From assembly GCA_964016885.1 (NCBI GenBank), contig OZ024748.1:38750001-38814000 (forward strand): DNA of 64,000 nt. Direction: 5' to 3'. Shown here piece by piece: positions 1 to 13,354 of this stretch. The notes beneath the pieces were generated by a model. That model had not been told where the DNA came from, did not search any database, and saw nothing but the letters and a program-made list of their open reading frames with translations. Made by a program: the position numbers and the translations under genes. Position 1 is the first letter of the stretch. Each line of letters opens with the position of its first letter. The stretch is from Eledone cirrhosa. Lineage: Eukaryota.

Positions 1-19
1 CCATATTTGTACCTCGCTA

Positions 20-175
20 TACACCGTCGGTGAAATGTCAGATATATAGCCTTGCGATATTTCTTCCCGTTTTCTACTGAGTTCAAATCTTGCAGAGACC
101 AGAGGTCAGCTTTGTCTTTCATCCTTTTCAAGGTCAATGAATTAAATATCACTTCAGTCCTGGGTTCGATTCTTC
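20..175 (+). mobile_element. Degenerate tRNA-derived SINE (family 1)
   Basis: B-box-like GAGTTCAAATC followed by CTTTGTCTTTCATCCTTT..GGTCAATGAA, matching the reverse complement of the other family-1 copies. Confidence 0.6.
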
Positions 176-202
176 CTTTATATATCTTCTTCATTTTGTT
201 AC

Positions 203-206
<4 letters not shown>

Positions 207-279
<73 letters not shown>

Positions 280-523
280 GCTCTCACTCTCTCTCATTCT
301 CTCTCGTGCTCTCTCTCTCTCTCTCTCTCTCTCTCGCTTTCTCTCACTCTCTCTCATGCTCTCTCTCTCTATCTTCCTCTCATGCTATCTCTCTCTATCT
401 TCCTCTCATGCTATCTCTCTCTATCTTCCTCTCATGCTATCTCTCTCATGCTCTCTCTCTCATGCTCTCTCTCTCATGCTCTCTCTCTCCCCCTCTCGCT
501 TGCTCTCACTCTCTCTCCCGCAT

Positions 524-566
<43 letters not shown>
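207..566. repeat. (CT)n microsatellite with CATGCT interruptions
   Basis: Direct reading. Confidence 0.95.
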
Positions 567-567
<1 letters not shown>

Positions 568-828
568 GGTCAGACTTAGACAGGTATGTGTACAACCAAA
601 GGCTATTGTCCGGTAATACAATAAAACTACAAACGACAGAATCTGAAATTTGACATGAAAAGATATTCTCGTTCTTTCATTTAATATAATATACAGTATT
701 ACAATACAATTATATATACATATATATATACATGTGTGTATCTCCATGCGTGTGTGTGTATATATGTGTGTATGTGTGTATTTATACATGTGTATATATG
801 TATGTGTGTCTATCTATCTATCTATATC

Positions 829-1222
829 TCCGGCCAACAACTGATTCTTTTTTTCAAATACCACTTTGGAAGAAGAATCAGGATGGAGAGAGCGGTGCTG
901 TAACCCAGCAAGTTTTATGAAAGGTGGGTGAAAGTGGCGAGAATGGCCCGAGTGGCAAGAATGGCCCTTCTCTCTATATCAGCCTGTAGGTTGAGGAAAA
1001 GGAGGAGAGGAAAGGGGTAAAAACTCTTCGTACTCCTGGAGATGATGGTTGCACATTTTTTCGGGGGTATGTGTTACCCATATGAACTGTCTCCCTCTAT
1101 TGGGGAAATCGATTAATTTTTAAATTACATTTGTGATAGCATTTTACACGCTTTTATTGTATGTAAACTTCCCCCTTTGTATTTGTCACCTTCTTTTGTG
1201 CCCCTGTGGCTAATAAAGAAAC
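829..1222 (+). mobile_element. 5'-truncated Tx1-like LINE 3' end
   Basis: Homologous to ORF2 C-terminus and 3' UTR of the 13152-18862 element; (TATC)n on both sides. Confidence 0.9.
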
Positions 1223-1251
1223 GTATCTATCTATCTATCTTTATCTATCTA

Positions 1252-1397
<146 letters not shown>

Positions 1398-1710
1398 CGG
1401 GGGGAGTGCATGTGGGTTGATGGTGGTGGTGTGTGCCAAACTAACGTCTGTACACTAATTTATGGGTCAGAGAAAAAGGTCAAGGTGTCACGGTTGAGAG
1501 AGTGAGACAGTTTTATGTTGTTAGTTCTGAAAATGGGAAAATCTGAAATGGTGTGGGTGAGTGTATGTCAGTGTGGGGGGTGTCTGTCAGTGTGGGGGTG
1601 TCTGTCAGTGTGGGGTGTGTGTCTGGCAGTGTGTCTGTCAGTGGGGAGGGTCTGCCAGTGTAGGGGTGTGTCTGTCAGTCTATCAGTGTGTGGTGGGGGG
1701 TATTAATAAT

Positions 1711-1895
1711 GGCTTCTACTTTTTAGCACAAGGCCAGCAATTAACCAGTGTATTACTGGTACTTTATTTTATCGACCCCGTAAGGATGAAAGGAAAGGTT
1801 AACCTCGGCGGGATTTGAACTCAGATCTTAAAGGGACGTAACTCTATATGTCAAAGCATGGCGTCCGACCCTCTACTGACACTGCCAATCCACTG
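1711..1895 (-). mobile_element. tRNA-derived SINE (family 1)
   Basis: Minus strand has A-box-like TGGCAGTGTCAG, B box GAGTTCAAATCC and body CCTTTCATCCTTACGGGGTCGATAAAATAAAGTACCAG; at least 12 copies in the window. Confidence 0.85.
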
Positions 1896-2032
1896 CAATG
1901 CACATATATTCATGATTGTGTGTAAGTCAATTTATGTGTGTATGTTTATCAGTGTACATATGTTCTCTCTCTCTCTCTCTCTCTCGGCCTCTCTCTCTCT
2001 CTCTCTCAGCCTCTCTCTCGGCCTCTCTCTCG

Positions 2033-2067
<35 letters not shown>

Positions 2068-2394
2068 TCTCTCTCGCTCTCTCTCTCTCGGCCTCTCTCT
2101 CTCTCTCTCTCTCAGCCTCTCTCTCGGCCTCTCTCTCTCTCTCTCTCGGCCTCTCTCTCTCTCTCTCTCTCGGCCTCTCTCTCTCTCTCTCTCTCTGTCA
2201 GTGTAAGTTGGTTCACGTATCAATATATATACATTCACACTTGTGTGTATGTGTGTGTACGTGTGTCAATGAACGTGTGTCTCTGTGTGTGTGTGTCTGT
2301 GCCAGTGCGTGTTTCTCTCTCTCTGTAGATGTATGTCAGTGTGTCAATACACACATACATGCACACTTCTCTGTATGTCAGTGTGTGTGTATGT

Positions 2395-3036
<642 letters not shown>

Positions 3037-3249
3037 CTCTCTTTTACCTGTTTCAGCCATCCGGCTGAGGCCATGCTGGGGCACCGCCCTTTATATATAT
3101 ATAATATTAAAGATACTATTTATAGTTATGTATAAACTTAACTATAAACAACTATAAACAGGGAAGATGAGTAATGTATTACTACCTTATTACCAGTAAG
3201 AGAAATAGCTCAATGTAAGAATATCAGTTGTTTTTCAGAGGAGTAATAT

Positions 3250-4480
3250 AGACTCTAAAATATATACACCCTTTCATAAACCTAACGAAAAACTAATTTA
3301 TGTAGATACCATGTCTAACCACCCTAAATCCATATTAAACTCAATCACTAAAGGAATATCTAATAGAAACTATAATCTATCTTATAACGAAACCATATTT
3401 AACAATAATTCACAATGTTATAATCAGGCATTAGCTAAATCAGGCCATAATAATGGGATTGAATTCCTACCTATGAAATCACATAGTTACAACATTATTT
3501 CTCACAATATGGTCATGAGGAAAAATAATAATAAGAATAATAGCCACCCTTGCTCTAATACGAAGAGTAGTATCAAACTTAAGTCGCACCAAAGTAGACA
3601 CCAAAATAATATTATAAACAGAAATACCTCAATAGATATTATAAAAAAAACCAAAATAGAAGAACTAATACATTTTTCAATCCCCCTTTCAATCTAAACG
3701 TCTCTACCAACTTACCTAAGGTTTTCTTCTCAATCCTAGAAAAAAAACTTCCCATCTGGCCACAAATAGCATAATCTTGTAAATAAAACACCATTAAAAT
3801 CTCTTACTCTACCACACCTAACATAGCATACCATATAGCTAGTAGTAATAAAAGAAAGATTAATACTTATTTTCAACAAATTAAAACACAGCAGGAGGTA
3901 AACTTTCAGAACAACATAATAACTACAAACTCTAATAGCAATAGTAATAATAGTAATAACACTAATGAAATCAATAAAATTAGGAACGACAACCATCATA
4001 GCCCTAATACTAACCCTAGCAACCAGACTTCTACACAACATAATAACCGGCAAGATAACATCCAAAATAAATGCAACTGTAGATCAAATAGAACTTGCCC
4101 TTTAGGTAACAACTGCTTAATGAAAGACATCATTTACTCCTGCACGGTCAACACTAACGACTCTTCTAAAACATATATAGGCTCTACTTCGAACTACTTC
4201 AAGACGAGATACAACTCGCACCTCCACTCTTTCAAAAAACACAATCTAGCCAAATCCACTTCACTATCTAGCTACATACACTATATGAAAACTAGGAATA
4301 GAACATATACACTTCAATGGGAAGTAGTAGGTAGGGCTGCATCATATAAACCACCTAATACATTTTGTAACCTCTGTCTCCTAGAGACCCATACTATAAT
4401 CTTTTCGAATCTTAACCTCCTAAATAAAAAAAATCGGCAGTGTTTGCATTGTGCCAACACCGCTTCCGACACTCATTCGA
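3250..4480 (+). pseudogene. PLE RT thumb/linker plus GIY-YIG endonuclease (frameshifts and stops)
   Basis: HKPNEKLIYVDTMSNHPKSILNSI..YNQALAKSGH; FFNPPFNLNVSTN; CNCRSNRTCPLGNNCLMKDIIYSCTV..TYIGSTSNYFKTRYNSH..CNLCLLE. Confidence 0.9.
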
Positions 4481-5761
4481 TAGCTTTAAACCTAGTATAT
4501 AACAATGTCAGATCTGAACTCATCACCACCATTAGCACTTCACCTCTAAGACTTGCCTTCCACCGCTGCATCACACTCTTTGATCCACCCTTTCCTCTAC
4601 ACAAACCATTTTTATCTCTAACATTATACTCTAGAAATATTCTTATAGTCACCACCTTTTAATATAATTACTTTAGATTACTTATAATTATATAGTGATT
4701 GAAATATAATATAATATATATAAACTTTAAATATTAAATGTAACAATGGATTATATATACATTTATAATTAAATGTATAAATTAATAACATTGTATATAA
4801 AGGATTAATTTATTAACATAAGGAATTTATCTAACTTAAATGTAATATAGAACAATGAATTATATATACATTTATAATTAAATGTATAAATTAATAACAT
4901 TGTATATAAAGGATTAATTTATTTACTCAAGGGATGTATCTAATTTATCATGCAAACAGCTATACGTTATTCCATATCTTACAAAATATTGGGTAGACAA
5001 CAATCTAATGAAACCTTTAATATATTATGAGAGAATAGACAGTATTTAAAATTAAATATAAACACATAACTTTTTTATATAAGGGATTCAAATGAGGCAC
5101 TATATAATGTCTATTAGAGCAAGGAATTTAATTATTATAATGAGCTAGTTACCTCCCCTTACGCATTAGCTCCCCTTAGTTCCATATCCACTTCCGGATA
5201 TTAAACCGTTGAAAATTCTCGCAGTAGAACAACTCTAATCCATAAATATGGATAAAATAACACCAAATTACAATCCATTACTCTAACAAATATTCAATAC
5301 AAATCTATCTTAACTTATGTAATGGATGTGAAATCTGTAATTTTCATATTCTACACACATACAAATTTGAACTATACAGAAAATATCATCGCATTGCACC
5401 CACCATTATACACTAACATATTCGCTTATAGTGCTTGTATTTTATGTAATACCTTGCCATACAGTACTGATATATGCATGATACATTTACTTGTTCCATT
5501 CCTTTATATATGACTAACCCATGTACTATCTCTTTAATTTAATTATTAGAGTATTCTATTGTATTATCTGCCGCATGTATTCCACCCTTTGCTTTTAATT
5601 TTAATTTTAATCTTAATTTGAATTATTGTACAATTCTCGTATAATATATGTCGCATCCATTCCACCATGTAAACATGAAACTGTTGTCCACAACAGCAAT
5701 ATATATGTATCTGTATGATTCTTCAGTTGAATAGGAGGTTAATTATATGTACAAACATTGA

Positions 5762-5815
5762 TAATGCTCCGAAGACGCCAAGCTTAAGTGTCGAAGAAAC
5801 AATTGTCAGCGATTA
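5762..5815 (+). ncRNA. Degenerate minimal type I hammerhead at the PLE-1 3' end
   Basis: TAATGCT-CCGAAGA...GAAAC-AATT-GTC-AGCGATTA; core U4 changed to C; palindromic loop III. Confidence 0.6.
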
Positions 5816-5866
5816 AATGTTTTAAACATAACTTTGATACTTGTGTAATCTATATATATATATATG

Positions 5867-5921
<55 letters not shown>

Positions 5922-6004
5922 CAGTATATATATATATATATATATGTCAGTATATATATATATATATATGTCACTATATATATATGTCACTATATATATA
6001 TATG

Positions 6005-6071
<67 letters not shown>

Positions 6072-6110
6072 CTATATGTCAGTATGTCTCTAACAGTCTG
6101 TTACTGTATG

Positions 6111-6193
<83 letters not shown>

Positions 6194-6363
6194 CACTATA
6201 TATATATATATATATATGTCAGTATGTCAGTTATTACATTACCTCTACCCTCTCCTCCTCGAGTTCGTCTGCGAAGCTCACAATTATATCTTTTTTTTTG
6301 TAATGTAAGTCTGACAGATACACGTTTGTTAATGTATTAGTCAGTTGTGTACATGTATGTATA

Positions 6364-6407
<44 letters not shown>

Positions 6408-6426
6408 ATTATATATTATATATATT

Positions 6427-6459
<33 letters not shown>

Positions 6460-6479
6460 AATATATATATATATAAATA

Positions 6480-6510
<31 letters not shown>

Positions 6511-6521
6511 AATATATATAT

Positions 6522-6553
<32 letters not shown>

Positions 6554-6926
6554 ATTATATATATATATATATATATAGAGACAGAGAGAGAGAGAGAGAT
6601 GAAGAAATATAAGTACCCTGTTCATATTATATATATGTACATGCAAACGTATATACATACGCATACACACACACATAATATACATACATATGTGTGTGTT
6701 TAGCTCCTGTCCTTGAGTTTGAGAGAAAGTATGCCATCGATGTCATGTTTGTTTGTTTGTGTATGTGTGTGTCTATGTACATATATATATATGTGTGTGA
6801 GTGTGTGTGTGTGTGTGTTTATGGAAATGTGTGAGCGCCAGTGCGTTTCTGTGCATCTTTCTGAATGAGGCCTTCATGAGAGACTTGAGATATCTAAACA
6901 GTACATATATACCGAGAGATATTTAC

Positions 6927-7018
<92 letters not shown>

Positions 7019-7091
7019 CACGTATATATATATATATGCATACATATATATACACGTATATATATATATATATGCATACATATATATACAC

Positions 7092-7135
<44 letters not shown>

Positions 7136-7166
7136 CACGTATATATATATATATATACACACACAC

Positions 7167-7237
<71 letters not shown>

Positions 7238-7241
7238 ACAC

Positions 7242-7291
<50 letters not shown>

Positions 7292-7389
7292 GTGTGTGTG
7301 TGTGTGTGTATATATATATGTATATTTAGCTGGTGTCTGTGTGATGTGGGATTCTACGGACAGATATAAAACAGATAGATAGATTGATT

Positions 7390-7468
<79 letters not shown>

Positions 7469-7587
7469 GAGATAGGTGATAAATGATGATGATGATGATG
7501 AAAGGAATATGACACATTAAGTTTATGTGGGAGAAAGCTGGTGTGAGAGAAAGAGAGAGAATAAGGAATTTGAGGTGAAATCAATCT

Positions 7588-7620
<33 letters not shown>

Positions 7621-7938
7621 CCTTCTGTCTCTCTCTCTCTCTCCACACACACACCATTGCTCCAGTCTAATGACTTAGTGTATATATGAATATATATAGA
7701 CACACACACACATATATATATATATGTGTGTGTGTGCGTGTGTGTCAGCGAGACGCTAAGTTCCCATGTTCTTTAGACGTGAAGGAATGGTGAATCAGGA
7801 AAATGAAGATGACAGACATGAGAGCCATTACTTTGGTCACCAGTAACTCTAACTTTACATATTGTCACACATCACCTTGACAACTCCAGTTACACACACA
7901 CACACACACATTCTTTTGTAATAATAACATATACACGA

Positions 7939-7997
<59 letters not shown>

Positions 7998-8148
7998 TTC
8001 AAAATAAGGAGCGCTCAAAACAAAGACAATGGGGGGAAAAACAAGAGAAAGACGAACTGTCACAACTCCTCAGTCAACCTCTGGAAATCACTATGGTTTC
8101 CGGTAATTTAGGGTCGATACCCTTAATTCCAGTGCACATTGGGACACA

Positions 8149-8220
<72 letters not shown>

Positions 8221-8223
<3 letters not shown>

Positions 8224-8443
8224 AAAAAAGGAAAAGAATGACTTCAATTGTAGTTCTAAACAAATTGATTTAATTTTATAATATTATAATATTATGACTT
8301 GGTAGATCTATTGGTAACTAGATCTACCAACTCATAATATTATAATATAAAATTAAATCAATTTGTTTAGAAGTACAAATGAAGTCATTTTCCTTTTTTT
8401 TCAAACATACCTAACTGTACCAAAGATCTCATACATTTTCCAA
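8221..8443. repeat. About 185-bp imperfect hairpin plus 40-nt tail between (TA)n tracts
   Basis: TTGAAAAAAGGAAAAGAATGACTTCA...TGAAGTCATTTTCCTTTTTTTTCAA arms around GGTAGATCTA..TAGATCTACC. Confidence 0.85.
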
Positions 8444-8479
8444 TATATATATATTGGCAACATGACCCTCCCAAAGTAT

Positions 8480-8534
<55 letters not shown>

Positions 8535-8978
8535 GGGGTTATGACAGATTTAAGTGATGGGGGAATGCGAGAGGAAACTAATAAAAGCCATATGATCTAG
8601 ATAATCAAAATAAATGAAATAGAGGAAACCTGAAGAGATGGAATTATATGAAGAAATTACAAGATGTTAGTTAAAAGGAAATATTTCTTCATGTACACAT
8701 ATCTGAGAGGTCTTAATATAAATTACTAATTATTTGAGGGGTATAATTCCAAGGGGAAAACTGGAGTTCTCTGATGTCCAGGTATACCAAGTTCAGTGCT
8801 GTGATATCAGCTAAAATTATTTAGAGGCTGGGGAAATTAGGGTCTAGAAATGTTAGAAATGAAATCTGATATAAACGTTGACATAGTATGCAGTAGTGTG
8901 TATATATATACGGTGTGTGTTTTTAATAAAATAGTGTTATATATACAATATATATATTTCGTCTTTAATTTCTCATTC

Positions 8979-9019
8979 TATTTTCTGATGAAGGACTAGC
9001 GTCCGAAATGTTAAGACTA
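8979..9019 (+). ncRNA. Degenerate minimal hammerhead (PLE 3'-end type)
   Basis: CTGATGA-A-GGAC-TAGC-GTCC-GAAA-TG-TTA-AGAC; stem I weak; a more decayed relative lies at ~61237-61275. Confidence 0.55.
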
Positions 9020-9061
9020 TTTCCCTACTATATCAAGCGTAGAACTAATAATATATTTCTT

Positions 9062-9500
<439 letters not shown>

Positions 9501-10020
9501 GACAGACAGACAGAGATGTGTGTGTGTGTAAATTTATATTATTTATTTGTACACGCAGACTTGTAGATCTCCCACCTACATTGGGGTGGGTGAGAGATGT
9601 CTTCTCTTGAAATGGGTACAGCTTTCATTATGTAAAATCTCCCCAATTTTGCCTGATTTCTCCCTCTTTTGGACCCGTTTTTTCATGGTACTCCCCGTTT
9701 AGGTTCTAAGAGGTTGGCAGGTCTGTATACGGATGTATTTCCCTACCTATGTACGTATGTATAATAATCTAAGCATAATAGAACAAGGTCAGGTTATCCC
9801 AGAGTAAACGACAACACCAACAACAACAAGAATAAACTATAAGTGTGAAGAGAACAACTTGAAGTAGTTTTAATGGAAGTGTTGAGTACTCCGCTGTCAC
9901 TGTTAAACTGTCCTAATTAATGATGGCAATGTCATAATTAACAGAATTTATAACTCTAAGTCTCAACTAACTCACTCGGTATGCAAATTAGGCTGCTCTG
10001 CCGTTAATATGCATAAGGAA

Positions 10021-10357
10021 AGTATATACTTTCAAACGTTCAATCCACTGACAGGAAGGTATACGGTGCTGATGACAGCTAATAAGCTAGAAACTAGTTC
10101 ATCGTTCCTTTGTCAGTGTTGAACAAAAGGGCAACGATGGTTGCCGAACACAGTACGGCTTAACTCGGGCTGTTTGTTTACAAACAAACCGAACATTATA
10201 ATAAATGTTCGGTAAACCCATACGTACATATATATATGTGTGCATGTATGTATATACATACTACTGTACGTCTGTATACATATATGTATGTACGTATACA
10301 TACTTATATTTAAGTTTCAGCCGTACTAAGAGTGAGAAATAAAATTTCATTTTTTCC

Positions 10358-10361
<4 letters not shown>
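10021..10361 (+). mobile_element. HHR-bearing PLE terminal-repeat fragment (same family as 30404-30875)
   Basis: Colinear similarity to 30610-30875 and to the reverse complement of 30404-30612. Confidence 0.8.
10064..10104 (+). ncRNA. Minimal type I hammerhead ribozyme
   Basis: CGGTG-CTGATGA-CAGCT-AATA-AGCTA-GAAA-CTAG-TT-CATCG; stem I extended by CTGACAGGAAGG/CCTTTGTCAG. Confidence 0.85.
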
Positions 10362-10388
<27 letters not shown>

Positions 10389-10436
10389 AAGAAAAAAGAA
10401 ACGAGGTTTCACATTGAGGTTACATTGGTTAGGTTC

Positions 10437-10520
10437 AGTTACGAACGTTTCACAGATGGGTGGCACAAGGTCCTTATTGTGCTATCGACCCGACTCCAGC
10501 CTCAATCTGCTCATCAGACT
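10437..10520 (-). ncRNA. Type I hammerhead with long stem II
   Basis: Minus strand AGT-CTGATGA-GCAGAT...ATCTGT-GAAAC-GTTC-GTA-ACT; ends ~50 nt before (TA)n. Confidence 0.7.
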
Positions 10521-10997
10521 TGTTAATCAATGGAAAAAGAAGACCAGATTCCAAAGTGTACAACTGCGAACCCCGAACCAACCACGAGTTATCAAATCTA
10601 TGATGGATGACACACAACACGCCAAGTGTGTCTATTTGTAGCTTAATTGCTTTAAATTAATGTTTTGTTCCTCGTCTCTTACTCCACTGGACAGCATTTG
10701 GCTTCTGTCAGACGCTGTGACCCAGGGTGGACTAGCAGTACTGTTGGTTGGGGTCGAAACTTCCAAGGTCCACTACAACAACTGATGATCCTGGAGTTCT
10801 GTCTCCTTCGTTTGTATTATTTTGTTTTAATCATTTTTTTAAGGTTTTCCTTTATAACATTGTTTTCGTTCGTTGTCTGTTAATTTTCTTAAGTTTACAT
10901 ATCTCTCAAAATTCGTTGGATTTTCTAACTGGATAGCAACCCGGAGTACACCTGAACTTCCAGCAGGAAATCTTTCGTATCATTGAAATTTTGTTTG

Positions 10998-11061
<64 letters not shown>

Positions 11062-11082
11062 GAGAGAGAGAGAGAGAGAGAG

Positions 11083-11284
11083 AGAAGTGGTTACACAACA
11101 GTTAATTCACCATACCGGAACAATTGTTTCACCTTAGCGGATCCTCAGCTCGTAATGGATCCGCTAAGGTGAAACAATTGTTCTCGGTATGGTGAACTAA
11201 CCGTTGTGTAACCACTTCTACCTAACTCGTCCCATGGACTGAGTGCTCTACCAATACGGATATTACCTTCCAGTGTTCTACCAC
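11083..11284. mobile_element. Inverted PLE-type terminal fragment (hairpin plus 65-nt tail) containing a hammerhead
   Basis: Arms AGAAGTGGTTACACAAC...GTTGTGTAACCACTTCT; minus arm CGAG-CTGAGGA-TCCGCTAAGGT-GAAAC-AATT-GTT; second copy at 36156-36305. Confidence 0.85.
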
Positions 11285-11769
11285 TATATATATATATAGA
11301 CAGACAGGCAGAGAGAAGGGAAAGAAATTTAAAGTAGACTGTGTCTGTGTGTATGGGAATATGTGTCTGTGTGTGTGTGCGTGTGTCTGTGTGTAGGGGA
11401 GTGAGAGAGAACATATGGTAATAAATGCTAGAATAAATAAATCAAGAGAATCCCACATTAAATTTGTAAAACCAGTGAAAATAGGAAGACATCTCTTTTG
11501 ATTTCAGGCAACGAAACATTTATGGTTGTTTAAATAAATAGAATTATATATTTTAACAGAAAATAACAAAAGAACGTTGACTTTCGTTTGTGTGATAGTG
11601 ATCACGTAGACACACATACCCCCACACACAGAAACACCCACCCACTATGTGTATGTGTCTATGTGTGTGTCTATCTATATATATATATTATTTGAATTAC
11701 AATTAAAGTGAGAAATTCTCATCCGTTTGTTAACTGCAGCTACCGTCAGTCGGGCAAGAGATTTATCCA

Positions 11770-12345
11770 GTAGTGGTGGTAGTGGTGGTGGTGGTGGTGG
11801 AGGTGGGATGGTAGCGCTGGCGGGGATTGCAGGTACTGGTAGTGGTGGGTGGTGGTGGTGTTGGTGGTGGGGTGCAGGTGGGGGTAGTTAGAGTGGTTGT
11901 GGCGGTGGTGGGTGTAGCTGGCGGGCGTTGCAGGTACTGGTGGTGGTGGTGGTGGTGGTAGTGGTGGTTGGGTGGTAGCGCTGGTGGGGGTGCAGGTACT
12001 GGTGGTGGTGGTGGTAGTGGTGGTTGGGTGGTAGCGCTGGCGGGGTTTGCAGGTACTGGTGATGGTGGTGGGTGTAGCTGGCGGGGGTTGCAGGTACTGG
12101 TGATGGTGGTGGTGGTAGTGGTGGTGGGTGTAGCTGGCGGGGGTTGCAGGTACTGGTGGTGGTGGTGATGGCTGAGTGTTACTGGTGCTGGTTTTGGTGA
12201 AGGTGATGAGGTGTTGCTGGCGGATGGTGCAACTGCTGGTTTTGGTGAAGGTGTTGGTAGTAGAGGTGGTGATGTTTGATTGTCGGAAGGGGTGGTGGCG
12301 GAGTGTACTGGTGCTAGTTTTGGTGGAGGTGTTGGTGGCAGTGGT
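11770..12345. repeat. (GGT)n-rich low complexity with TGCAGGTACT subrepeats
   Basis: Direct reading. Confidence 0.85.
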
Positions 12346-12377
12346 GTGTAAATGTTGCAGAGGAAGAGGTGTTAAAT

Positions 12378-12441
<64 letters not shown>

Positions 12442-12622
12442 TGACACTGTGTCTTCCTACCTCCGTCAGTAACTCTCTCTCACTCATTCTACCTCTCGCT
12501 CTTCTCCACCTCTCTCTCTCTCTCTCTTCTCCACCTCCACCTCTTTCTCATCTCCACCTCTCTCTCTTCTCCACGTGTCTATACCTATATCAATGTCTAT
12601 CTATCTATCTATCTATCTATCT

Positions 12623-13110
12623 TCAAAAACGAAGGAGAGGCGGTTTCCTGTGTTATGGCTATGGCGAAAGAGGTTGTATGGTGGACAAGGTTGAAAGGGC
12701 TGAGGTCAGACACCTTTCTCTCCGGCCAACAACTGATTCGTTTTTTTCAAATACCACTTTGGAAGAAGAGTCAGGATGGAGAGAGAGGTGCTGTACCCCA
12801 GCAAGTTTTATGAAAGGTGGGTGAAAGTGGCGAGAATGACCCGAGTGAATGGGTCTTCTCTCTATATCAGCCTGTAGGTTGAGGAAAAGGAGGAGAAGAA
12901 AGGAGTACAAACTCTTCGTATTCCTGGAGATGAGGGTTGCACGTTTTTTCGGGGGTATGTGTTACCCATATGAACTGTCTCCCCCTATTGGGGAAAATCG
13001 ATTAACTTTTCAATTGCATTTATGATAGTATTTTACACGTTTTTATTGTATGTAAACTTCCCCCTTTGTATTGTCCCCTTCTTTTGTGTCCCTGTGGCTA
13101 ATAAAGAAAC
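12623..13110 (+). mobile_element. 5'-truncated Tx1-like LINE 3' end
   Basis: Homologous to 18375-18860; flanked by (TATC)n at 12596-12621 and 13112-13151. Confidence 0.92.
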
Positions 13111-13354
13111 ATATCTATCTATCTATATATCTATCTATCTATCTATCTATCTTGATAGAGTAAGACACGCTTCACATCGGCTCCGCTATTCCATCGGGAT
13201 TTACCCTTACTATTGTAAGTACCGGATAAATTTTTCAGTGCAACACATTTGGAACACTAACCCCTGTTTTTTAGGGAAACATTTTTGCATTTACCCCCTT
13301 TTTAGGGGGTAAAATAAATATCTATTTTTGCCGAAAAATTTCTTTCTTGGCAGC

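Larger units (their letters stand above)
3095..5850 (+). mobile_element. Penelope-like element, 5'-truncated remnant (PLE-1)
   Basis: Degenerate ORF, AT-rich 3' region, HHR-like motif at 5762-5815, (TA)n flanks. Confidence 0.85.

Noticed and set aside
10712-10800. Plus-strand GACCC..GGGTC-GAAAC..GTC and a downstream CTGATGA as a hammerhead
   Set aside because: Core segments cannot be assembled with a valid stem I
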